In this document: piece by piece, positions 38,591 to 49,300 of the stretch
Numbering within the stretch: position 1 is the first letter of the stretch
How the letters are laid out: every line of letters starts with the position of its first letter
Program-made: the position numbers and the translations under genes
Source: a virus
Strand: one strand, 5' to 3'
Length of the DNA: 64,000 bases
Virus record (IMG/VR): IMGVR_UViG_3300045988_111187
Span: 1-64,000 of that record
The notes under the pieces: model-generated
What the model saw: only the letters and a program-made list of their open reading frames with translations
Told to the model about the DNA's origin: nothing
Databases searched by the model: none

Positions 38591-39760
38591 TACTATGAGA
38601 GTGTTAAGTTTATTTGACGGAATGTCATGTGGTCAAATAGCGTTAAAAGAAATAGGGATCACACCTGAAGTATATTATGCATCAGAAATAGATAAGTTTG
38701 CTATTAAACAAACGCAATTAAATTTCCCTAATACGGTACAAGTAGGAGATGTGAGGGATTTAAATGTAGAAGATCTTGGACGCATAGATCTTATTTTAGC
38801 CGGCAGCCCATGTACGGATATGTCTTTTTCTGGAAAAAGAAAAGGGTTGTCTACCGTAGAAGGAATAGAAGTTAAATCACTTAATGAGTATCTTGAATTA
38901 AAAAAAAACAAGGATTTGAGTTTGCCGGTCAGTCTTACTTGTTCTGGGAGTTTATTCGTATTTTGAATGATGTAAGAAAAACTAATCCTGATGTGTTGTT
39001 TCTTCTTGAGAACGTTAAGATGGGAAAGAAATGGGAGCCGGTATTCGATGATGCTATAGGGTGTAAGGGCAATCATATTAATTCAGCACTTGTTTCAGCT
39101 CAAGTCAGGAAACGTATTTATTGGACTAATATTCAAGACGGCATTATTCCTCAACCTGAAGACGAAGGTTTGACCATAAGTGATATAGCTGAATATGAAG
39201 TAGATGAAAAATATTACTTATCTGAAAAAGTTTTAAACAATTTAGCTTTTCACTTGAAAAGAAATCACGACAAGGGAAATTGTTATGGAGCTAATATTAA
39301 AACAAAAGATGAGAAATCCAATACTGTTACTGTAAAGGGTAAATACACGTACGATCTTATTTGTGTAGCAATGAGAGGCAGGAATCCAGAAAAACCTACA
39401 TGTAGAGAATCTGGTCTTAAAACAGTTCAGATGATTGAATTTAAGAACGATGGAAAATCCAATTGTCTCACAACAGTTCAAAAAGATAATCTTATTTTCC
39501 AAATACCAAGAGTATTTCATGAAGATAAGGATCCAACATTATCTTGTAATTCATATGATAGAAACAATTTTATCATACAGAGAGCATTACAGGGTGATTT
39601 CAGAATAAGAAGATTAACCCCTACAGAGTGCTCCAGGTTACAGACTGTACCAGATTGGTATAAATGGGAATGCAGCGAAACCCAACAGTACAAGATGTTG
39701 GGAAACGGGTGGACTATTAAAGTGATTGAACATATACTTAAAAGAATAAAAGAATCATGA
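38583..39760 (+). pseudogene. DNA (cytosine-5)-methyltransferase split into two ORFs (38583-38966 and 38939-39760) at an A9 homopolymer (38900-38908)
   Basis: motif I LSLFDGMSCG; PC motif GSPCTDMSFSG; ENV motif LLENV in the second ORF; an A10 would give one continuous 392-aa ORF (... LELKKKQGFEFAGQSYLFWEFIRIL ...). Confidence 0.7.
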
Positions 39761-40287
39761 TTAGAGCAAGATTTTATATTGAAAAATCCGACTGCGGTAA
39801 CGACTACCGTCCAGTCAAATGGCCTATAAAATATCCATATTGGTGTAGTGGTGAATCCGATGATTCATTCATACTTGTAGCGTATGCCGAAGACGAAGAC
39901 ATCATAAAAGAGCTGTGGCCGGAAGCATACGATATTAATGTCTTAGAAAAAGATACTGAGGTTAAATTCACATCAAGATTTCCTAAGCCGGGATGGTATG
40001 AATTGTATGAAAAGGAATTAGAAGAATATGGTACATTTGTGTGGGTTACAGACAAATGTCTGCAAGATGGTAAAATAAGAAAAGTAAAAGCTAAAATAGA
40101 AGATTATGATGGTATTTTATTAGCCGATACCCCTGACCGGTACACTCCTTATACGATAGGATATCAAGCTTTTAAAAGCAAAGAAGAAGCTTTGAAATGT
40201 GCAGAGGAACAGAGAACTGACTTAATTAAGTCTCTTAAGTTACAAATACATGAACTTGAAAATCTAAAATTTGAATGCGATGATTAA
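39757..40287 (+). CDS. hypothetical protein (176 aa)
   Basis: ORF; 4-nt overlap. Confidence 0.5.
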   Translation: MIRARFYIEKSDCGNDYRPVKWPIKYPYWCSGESDDSFILVAYAEDEDIIKELWPEAYDINVLEKDTEVKFTSRFPKPGWYELYEKELEEYGTFVWVTDKCLQDGKIRKVKAKIEDYDGILLADTPDRYTPYTIGYQAFKSKEEALKCAEEQRTDLIKSLKLQIHELENLKFECDD

Positions 40288-40993
40288 TTATGCAGCAAAA
40301 GCTAAAAGAGCTTATTTGATAAACAATTTCGATAAGATTCTTAACAGTCTTAACACACTTCATTCAACGGTTGAGACTATGACGTTGTTTGTAAATGACC
40401 AGGCTTATAATTACATTATTAAACTGAAGGAGGTAATTAAAGGCAGTCCTATGTATAAGCACAACATCAAGCACTTTTTAAATGATATGGATAAGGAGAT
40501 AAAGAGGTATAATGCTTCTATCTATTACATAAATAAAGAGCGTAGTGAGGTTATAGCTGATATAACACAAGTTATGGAAGACTGCCTCATGCCATACATA
40601 GACAACCTGGCTGGCGCTATAAGAGCAGCCGTGTGGTCGAAGGGTGTGTCTGAGGAGCGGACGGAAGCGGCGGTCCTGGCCCTTATCGTGTCTTCCTTGG
40701 CTCTGACATCCGGAAGACTTATTTCAGGTGGATATCAGATTATGAAAGAAATGGGTGGAGGTCAAGGAGGTAATCCATTTACGTTTATGAGCATTGATAA
40801 GATAAGATACTTATCTACATTATTATCTGATGCTATTACCAGTGGAGAGATTGCTCTTGAAGAAAAAGAAGCCGATGAAATAACTAAGGCGATGGATGTT
40901 TTTATTGAGAAGATGTCCGATTCAGATATTGTCGACAAAGTAATTAGCATACTCGAAGAAGCAGAATCTAAAAACAAGGAGGAACGATCATGA
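40271..40993 (+). CDS. hypothetical protein (240 aa)
   Basis: ORF. Confidence 0.5.
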   Translation: MNAMINYAAKAKRAYLINNFDKILNSLNTLHSTVETMTLFVNDQAYNYIIKLKEVIKGSPMYKHNIKHFLNDMDKEIKRYNASIYYINKERSEVIADITQVMEDCLMPYIDNLAGAIRAAVWSKGVSEERTEAAVLALIVSSLALTSGRLISGGYQIMKEMGGGQGGNPFTFMSIDKIRYLSTLLSDAITSGEIALEEKEADEITKAMDVFIEKMSDSDIVDKVISILEEAESKNKEERS

Positions 40994-41181
40994 ATTACTT
41001 AGATGGGTACGTAGAAGAGGTTCTTTCCGAGCCGTATTATGATGATTACGGATCGGGAATTTTCAGGTGGTGGGTGAAAGTGTCTTACAATTGTTATGGC
41101 ATGGGAGCCGTTACTACCTTAATGTTTGATACAAAAGAAGAAGCGGAAGCGGTAAAACCAGGTTATAAATTTTTGTGTTAA
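40990..41181 (+). CDS. hypothetical protein (63 aa)
   Basis: SD aaggagg; 4-nt overlap. Confidence 0.4.
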   Translation: MNYLDGYVEEVLSEPYYDDYGSGIFRWWVKVSYNCYGMGAVTTLMFDTKEEAEAVKPGYKFLC

Positions 41182-41193
41182 TGATATTGGGAT

Positions 41194-41430
41194 GTGATTA
41201 TGAAGTACTTTATTTTATTGATAATGTTGTTATTATCATCATGTGATATTGACAATGTTAATACTGGATGGGTTATATGTAATTTAGAACCTTTGAATGA
41301 TGGGCGTGTGTTATACAAAGGAGAAGATAATGGCATTACATGTGTTAGTAGTACCAAATACATCAAATTCATTGGACGCCAAGGGGGATACAATCTTGGA
41401 GATTATGTTAAAATCGTAAAAATAGAATAA
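41194..41430 (+). CDS. small lipoprotein (78 aa)
   Basis: signal peptide MIMKYFILLIMLLLSS-C with a lipobox Cys. Confidence 0.5.
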   Translation: MIMKYFILLIMLLLSSCDIDNVNTGWVICNLEPLNDGRVLYKGEDNGITCVSSTKYIKFIGRQGGYNLGDYVKIVKIE

Positions 41431-41431
41431 G

Positions 41432-41911
41432 ATGGAAAAGAATTTAAAACTCGTATGTCCTAAATGTGGCGAATATCACAATCCCAACTCTATACATTCG
41501 ATGGATGTATCGGATTTTGTAGAAGGGGATATTAGGACCATTATGGAAGAACGTGGGTGGTGCTTTCAGTGTGCATGCTGGCAGAATATATACAACGTAC
41601 ACAAAGACGATCCAGGGTGGATTAGAATAGATGGCGTAAGCTGGATTCTTAAACCTATGGTGGAAAACGTGCCAAGAGGATGGAATGGTCTTGGATGTGG
41701 CGGAAAAAAGATGTATATCAATATCGAAGGGAAAGGCATTGTTGCATCAAATAACTGCTGGTGTCAAGGTAATGTTCCGGACGTGTTTAAGGATCTTATA
41801 CCGGATAATGCTACGTTGGCTACCAAAGAAGAGTTTGACAAAGCTTCTATGGTAGGATATATTATGAATGGCGTTGGTCTAGTTTTTACGGATAGGGTAC
41901 ATTTTTTATAA
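41432..41911 (+). CDS. zinc-ribbon hypothetical protein (159 aa)
   Basis: CPKCG ... CFQCAC. Confidence 0.5.
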   Translation: MEKNLKLVCPKCGEYHNPNSIHSMDVSDFVEGDIRTIMEERGWCFQCACWQNIYNVHKDDPGWIRIDGVSWILKPMVENVPRGWNGLGCGGKKMYINIEGKGIVASNNCWCQGNVPDVFKDLIPDNATLATKEEFDKASMVGYIMNGVGLVFTDRVHFL

Positions 41912-41961
41912 ATCAATTAAGGTAATTATATACCTTAATCAATTACTTAAAAAAAACAGTT

Positions 41962-42174
41962 ATGAAAACATTAGAAGAATATAAAGAAATGTTTAATCTA
42001 AGAGATGAAGAGATAAAGGAATTTGAATCTTTTTTGCAAGACAAAAACCAAAGTATATACTACTCCAAATTTACCAAAATAGTAAAATGTAAAAATGGAG
42101 ATATTGCTGGATATGGTTTGGTTCCGCCTGAAAAAAAAGATGATTTTATGAAAAATTTTGAGAATAATTTTTGA
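41962..42174 (+). CDS. hypothetical protein (70 aa)
   Basis: ORF; last gene of the + block. Confidence 0.4.
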   Translation: MKTLEEYKEMFNLRDEEIKEFESFLQDKNQSIYYSKFTKIVKCKNGDIAGYGLVPPEKKDDFMKNFENNF

Positions 42175-42287
42175 TTTGGATATATATATATCACACTCTG
42201 TGACCTTATCGAAAAATTCAACTCCTCTTTTGATTTCAATATTTTTAGTTTCTTTTATGAGTAAAAAATAAATTATGGCAGTTATAT

Positions 42288-42334
42288 ACAATTCTACATA
42301 TAGACGATAGTATAGAGTCTATATGTAGAATTGT
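42288..42334. terminator. bidirectional terminator: perfect 18-bp inverted repeat (acaattctacatatagac ... gtctatatgtagaattgt) with an 11-nt loop
   Basis: lies between convergent gene blocks; T-runs on both sides. Confidence 0.7.
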
Positions 42335-42335
42335 T

Positions 42336-42779
42336 TTAATTGTCAAACGTAACTGTCTCCGATGTTACCACATATTCACCTATACTTCCATGTGTTTTAG
42401 AATATAATTCAAGTTTTATATGAGCGGAATAGGTGGCATAGAAAGTGCCTTGACCCAAACTGGTTATACCAGGTCTAACTATTGATGTTAGGGTTAAATA
42501 TTGAAAAGATGTAGGAGAAGGCTCTGGTTTAATATTAGTTTCAACAAGTTCGCAACTCCATGATGTATCTGAGCCGGTTTCGTAGATCTTATCTACAGGA
42601 TCTCCTATTATCGTATCTGGGTACTCATGTTGCTCACTGGTGTAATTCATTACAATAGGATTATCATTGTTTACATTGTATTTTTTACCAGGAGCAGTAT
42701 ATGATATTTCACGATATGTTACATATTTCTTTTCTTGTTCTCTCACTGTAAACTGGTCCGGCAAATAAAGACGTATCAA
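42336..42779 (-). CDS. hypothetical protein (147 aa)
   Basis: ORF. Confidence 0.5.
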   Translation of the reverse strand: MIRLYLPDQFTVREQEKKYVTYREISYTAPGKKYNVNNDNPIVMNYTSEQHEYPDTIIGDPVDKIYETGSDTSWSCELVETNIKPEPSPTSFQYLTLTSIVRPGITSLGQGTFYATYSAHIKLELYSKTHGSIGEYVVTSETVTFDN

Positions 42780-43382
42780 AAAACCTAAAGAAGGAGATTC
42801 TACTCTACCTATAATAAGTTTAATGTCATCCTTCTCTACAAGCTCTTTCGTAGATTCTGTTTGTTCGCTGATAGTCTCTTTTGTATTAGATGGGACTCCT
42901 CCTTGGATACTTATAGAACCCAGACGTTGTTTTGTGGAAAGAAAGGTAAATACACCACTTTGTGGAACAGTACCGACTATTTCATCATCTATGATTACCC
43001 CCCCCCTATACAGTTGCTAACTATTTGATATTCATATATTTTTAATGATGTTTCAAATCTTCTTCTCATATTCCTTTTAAGTAAGTATCAGGTGCAACAA
43101 AATCACTTATTGTCTTTATTATATGTATAGTATCTATAAAATATGGTGTAAAGTTGTATATAATCACCTTATTTTTTTGCAAGATAGCATTTTTTTTCAT
43201 AACAAAAGAAACCAGTTCTCTATCATCGCTGACTGAGAACTGGTAAGAAAACAATTTCAGAAAAAATTTAACCTACATAACCTTTAAAGTAAGAACAAAA
43301 AAAACGTATAGTCTACTCTTTGACAATGCTAAGATAGCATATTAGAGCCATATTGTAGTAATATAAGCCCAATATTCTTCGT

Positions 43383-46300
43383 CTACTTGTAGCTCACATC
43401 ATCGTCTCCTTCTGAATCAGGAGTGGCACCGATGAAAAACATCATTGACTTGTTGTTCGTCTGCTGCCACCAGTTATAGGCACGTGCTACGTCTTCCGGC
43501 GTCTTAATGTTATACCATTGTTTGATAAACGTCTGTTTAGCGAGTTGTCTAAATAACTTAGACTCACCTTTATATGTACCAGATGTTACTTTATCAAGTG
43601 AGTAGTTCCTGAGATCGGTGAGATCCTTCAGTTTCCGTCCCATGACAAATGGGTCATTAATGATATCCACCACATTAAGCTCCATAATAAACGGCATCTG
43701 TGAAGCTATTTCATTTATGGTTCTAAATCCTACATAAGATCCGAATTGAGTAAGCCAGCTTTCCTCGTTTTCATCATCATCACGCCATCCGGCAAGAAGC
43801 ATAGACACGGCCTGCATGATGAGGAACGTGCCGGTATAAACACTGAGGCGTTTAAGATTAGTCTTTTCCACCTCACCCATCTTATCTTTATTTTCGTTCC
43901 AGGCATCTATGATATTTTTCATACCAGGCTCGGAAGCTAAGCTAAATGTTTTAGCTATCATATTCTTTAACGTAATTGACAGCCCTTCCTCTTCTTGCAT
44001 TGTCTGGAAATTGAATCCCCTTCTTTTCCACAGACGTTGAGCCGCCAGCACCAGCCATCCTCGGTGGGCAGTCATGAACCTGGCTATCCAGTTGCGGGAT
44101 GCGGCGGTCCGGTTTTCTTCATTCAAAGATCCGTTACATATCTGAGACAGGCTACGAACCTGATTTCGGGTTATAGCCATCTGAGTTTCAACCTCCTCAA
44201 CAGTAACACCCGATCCTGGTTTCACAACCACCTTGCCGTCTACGACATCTACCATACTCCATAAAGTACGATCTTTTAATGCATCCCATTCTCTTTTTAT
44301 GGTGCTCTGTTCTTTACCACGTTCTTTTTCCATCTTGAAATCCTGGAACGTGTAGAACCGACCTTTGTAATAACGAACGTTATCCATAGTAGCGATCATA
44401 ACCTGCGGATCAAGAGGGTAGTTCATGATTTCCATAAAAGCATACATCGGTGAACGCATTAAGGTCCGGGCCACCCTATTATATCCGGCACCATACATAC
44501 GATTTCGGATATTGAATATCCCCATTCTCTCACCTATGACATATAATTTGCTTTTTCTATCTATGTCTCCGGTTTCTGCTATACAAGATGGCGCAAGACG
44601 TGAAAACTCAGCCGATGCATATTTAAGGGAATCTTTGCTTATATATTGTCCTACGGCAGATTCCATGATGAGGTTAATATGACCTGTCAGAGCGCCGGTA
44701 GCTGCCACAAACGGGGACAGCGCTAAGTTCATGACCGACATAAACCTTTCAACGGCCATCATAATTCTTGTAAGATCTATCGTGTATCCACCGATGTTAA
44801 CCGTAAGTTTCTTGGTGTTCATCCTAATGCCATAATAATGGTCATTAAAGAAGTCTCTAAACATCTGGTATGCTTGAGTTGCCTCAGCTTTCTTACCGCC
44901 TTCAAATTGCTTATTCAGTAACATCTGCTCCAGTCCTTGGGCAAGCTCTATAGACTTCTGCTTTTCGTTGTATAACGATGATTGCATCATAAGCATCGAA
45001 TAAGAATAACCAAAATCATGAGATACGTCATCTTGGTTCTCTAATTCATATATGTAGTATTTAGGTATAGACCTAATCCTATCTTCTGGATCATATACTT
45101 CCCCTTGTCTGGTTTTACCGTATAGAGAATCGTCTACTCTGTCCAGACAGAGATCTGATACAAAATTACGAACCGTATTTTTGAAGTTGATACCCAATCC
45201 CTCCATACGTTCTATATCTTGTTTGGATATCTGTGGAATAGCATACAAATTGGGGCTCTGCTCTTTGTATAAGGAAAGGGATTGTCTTTTTATTTCCTTA
45301 AGTTTTTGAATCATATTCCATTGCTCTACGTTTTTAGTAGCAATCTCATTACCATCAGCATCATATCTAATGCCGAAGTCATTGAAATACGATTCATCAC
45401 GATACAGGCTCTTCTTGGGCATACGATAACCATACCCATGATCTTTTACATAATCTGGGTTACGACCGCTATTTTCAGCTTCAGATTCAGCCACCCACGC
45501 TCTTGCAGGGTCGAAAGACAGGTACGATATATTCATACCATAATCTTGTGTGGATGTCCCGTTCTGTATGTCTTTAACCATCTGTGCCACGTCTATCTCA
45601 CCTCGACCTATTTTACCAAGCATAGCCGCATATCCGGTAGGAGCCATGCGTTTGTAATATGAAAAGACTTGACTTCTGGCAAATTCATTAACAATAGCAT
45701 TAGCCTCTTCTATACCTGATTCTCTTGTGTTATTTAAAAACAAGCTGGCCATCTTAGTATTGACAGCATTCCTAAAATCTCTACCGTCTAATTCTTTGCT
45801 TATTCCAAGCTTTTCTGACAAGTAGTTGGTTTCAGATACAGTAAACAAATATCGGTTATCAGCAGCCTTAAATAGTTTATCCCTTAAGGCTTGAATCCTT
45901 TTTGCTTTCTTTGCCGTAGTATGACGTTGCACAAACTTCCATTCCACTTCCTTGGAGTCAGCAAGAGCATTTAAATAAGATTGATTGACTTCGTTTTCAG
46001 CCTTACTGCTTTTAGTAAGGTATTTATCAATATCTTCAAGACCCACCATCTTAGCATAATCTATTAAAATAGCGTAATCGGTTTCAATAGCTTCAGATGC
46101 AGCCCTAAAAGCATCTCTTTCAGATGAGGTAAATGTCGCTTCATTGATTTCTCCGATGTCAGCCACATCGCGGTTATTCCCAATTATTTCCTTGATGATA
46201 GCCCTGTTTTTTTCTATATCTTTCACAATAGCTTCTACGTCTGTCGCATCTCTATCACTTGTCGTAGAATTAATGATATCATGCGCCATTTTAAGATACG

Positions 46301-49300
46301 AAGCCTTGTTGTTTGATTCGGTGCGTGCCGACTGATCTGACTCTATATCATTCCAAAACTGATCATTAAAAGCCAGGTGTCCTCCTAACATAAGCGTTCT
46401 CAGTGCAGCCTCCCCTCCAGACTCACGCTGAATCGTTCTCAATCTTTCCAAAAATGATTCTGATACGGCATTAGTAACATTATTTGATTCTTTTCTCCAT
46501 ACTTCATTTATAGCTTGTATTTCTTTGGCCATCTTGAGTTGATCACCGGTTTTATCGACTCTTCTGGTTCCTACATATATGTATTCTGAAGCTGCTTCCT
46601 TACGTTGTTTACGAAGCAGTCCTTCTTCTTCATAATTACTGCTCTTGAAGTAAGCAACTTCATCAAAATTACCATTGCTATCAATAAAAGGTTGCCTCAA
46701 TATCCGTTTTTGCCGGGAAAGAGCATTAAGATATTCTTTAGTTGTTTGAGAAACCGGATACCCCAATTCTTCTTCAGCCTTTTTGTATATGGATTCCATT
46801 CTTGTGGCATAACTTTCACTAAATTCCAGTTCTGAATTTTCAGCATCCCACTTCTCCATCTGTTCTGTATAAATCCTTTCCTGCTCGATGGTAAAGATGT
46901 CGGTATTAACCCTATCAGAAGAAGGTTTGAATTTAGCGTTCTCAGTAACCGTATTTCCGTCCTTGTCAACTACTTCTCTTTTAAACACATAATTACGGTT
47001 ATTGTCAACCACATCATTGATTTCTTCTTCTGATATCTCTATGTTCATGGCAGTTGCAAACGCTCGCATCTGCGCCAGCTTCTTATTACGATCGTATTTA
47101 GCCATATCAAGAGCACTACGAAGATAATTAGAAGTCTTGCCGTCTACTTTCTGAAGCAGTTTTTCAAATTCAGATTTATTGAAACCATGTTTTTTCGCAT
47201 ATGCCAGGAAGTCGGATATGGCTGGCTGGGCATTCACCATCGCATTATAATTGTCTTTGGCAATCATAGCTCCAAGAGCGTTATTAAACGGGCTGGAAGA
47301 ATGTTCTAATATACCGAACCACCTACTTATCCAGGACACATCGTGTTGAACTTTATCAAAGAACTCTTTTACTTTCTTTACCTTATCTGCCGGCACATGA
47401 AGTTCGTTCATTAACTTGTCAAGCAACGTACTTTCATCAAGATCTTGTACTGATTTAATATCAGACTGAATACCATTGATGTCGGCAATGACGGTATTGA
47501 TCCTATTTGTATAATCTTGCTTTTCACGTTCGTCAAATTCGGTACTTCTGTTACGGATATATCCTCGAAGATCGTTCATGATCGGAAGAACCTGATTGTT
47601 GATAATATCTACGTTCTTTCGATCATTGGTATTGAAATGAAGTTTACCGTCTTTGGTATCACCATGAAGGATAGTATTTACTACATTGCTTAAGTATCTG
47701 ACCTGAGCTTCGGCTGTGGAGATCATGCTATTCATGGCAGCCGCCATCTCATTTTTGTCTATTTCGGTCTCTACCTTATTTATCTTATCTTCTATGGTCT
47801 TAAGCTGAGCAAGGGTCATAGATGTAGTTACAGCCCTATCAGAGCTTATCTGACGTAAGTCTCTCAATGTTTTTCTCAATGCCCGGATCTTAGACTCAAG
47901 AAACTTGTTCTTGTTCATAGAGGAAAGAGAGTATAATGTAAAATCATTATCCTTTAAAAGAGAAGTATCAAATCCTTTATCTATGTCGGTAATAGCAAGA
48001 TCACGAATGTTTTTAATAACGTTATTCAAATCTTGTCTTTGGGTAGATAAAGCTGATTTAAGCCAGTTTACGATTCCAGAGAGAAGCTGCCGGACGCGTC
48101 CCAGGAAGGAGGTGGGCTCTATGGGCGCCGTTCTGTCCTGCATCTCCCTGGCAAGGATCTTTCCAAGAATTTCTTTCCTAACTACATTGTCAAGTTCAGT
48201 TCCTTCATATACCTTACCGTATGTATTATAATACTGATTTGCATACTGATTCCATTCTTCAGTGCCTTCTACGTCTTGCAAAACAGATTCAACAGCATTC
48301 TGATCTCTGTACGCCTCTACAAGGAAGTGGGCTGTTTCTTCTACTAAGTCAGACAAAGTAGCATCTTCACCGACTGCTATTACGTTATTGGCAATATCCG
48401 CCAATGCTTTAGCAGAAGGTTCGTGTCCGTATTTAGTTTGGTACTTCTCTATATAATCGGTCATGCCAACGACACTAACGCCCAGCGTTTTCAGTATCTC
48501 AACAATAGAATTTCGTTGATTACGTTCCTCTTGGCTATAATCCGATACTATCTTAGCTTTAGTATCAGCATAAAGATCATTGTCTTCTAATATAAATGAA
48601 ACTACAAGCGCATCAAAGTGATCGTATTTAGCATCCAATTCATTGTATCTTCCAGACTTAAGATCGCTCTTTATCTGCTCCTTGCTAACTCTTTCTGTTC
48701 CTCCAGTGGCGAGTCTCATAGTCACCTTACTATTATCCAATGAATTTATGGTTATCATGCCTTGATCATTCATGGAAACATCAGAACTGAAATGATTACG
48801 AAGTTCGGTATAAGCTAAGGCTGAATTGAAAAGTCTAATTTGTCCTGCATGTCCTTCTCCTGTAAGATAATAGCTTCTTGTTTCCGGATCGAATATCTTG
48901 GATCCTGACAAAAGACCTTTCTTTATAAGGTAGTTTATTATCCCACCTTTTGTTAATAAAGAAGTGGAAGCAGAGGCGGTCATAACAGGTATAAAAGATT
49001 TGGGGTTGTTAAGGACATACTTTCCAGCCTTGTAAGTAATGTCTGCCACGCCATCCCAGGCAGATTCTTGAACGGTGCCAGATAAGAATCCTATTCTGAT
49101 ATCATTCCCGCCAGAGCGAAGAGCTTCTCCGTAATCTTCAAATAATTGATTACGATCATTCATGAAAAACAAACGAGGTTCTCCAGTCTGATACGTTACA
49201 CCCACAGGATTAGAATCTGTTTCTGGTAGCTCTTCTGGACTAAATATCTTAAGACCGTCTTTTATAACCATATAATTAACATCATTATCCTGTACCATAG

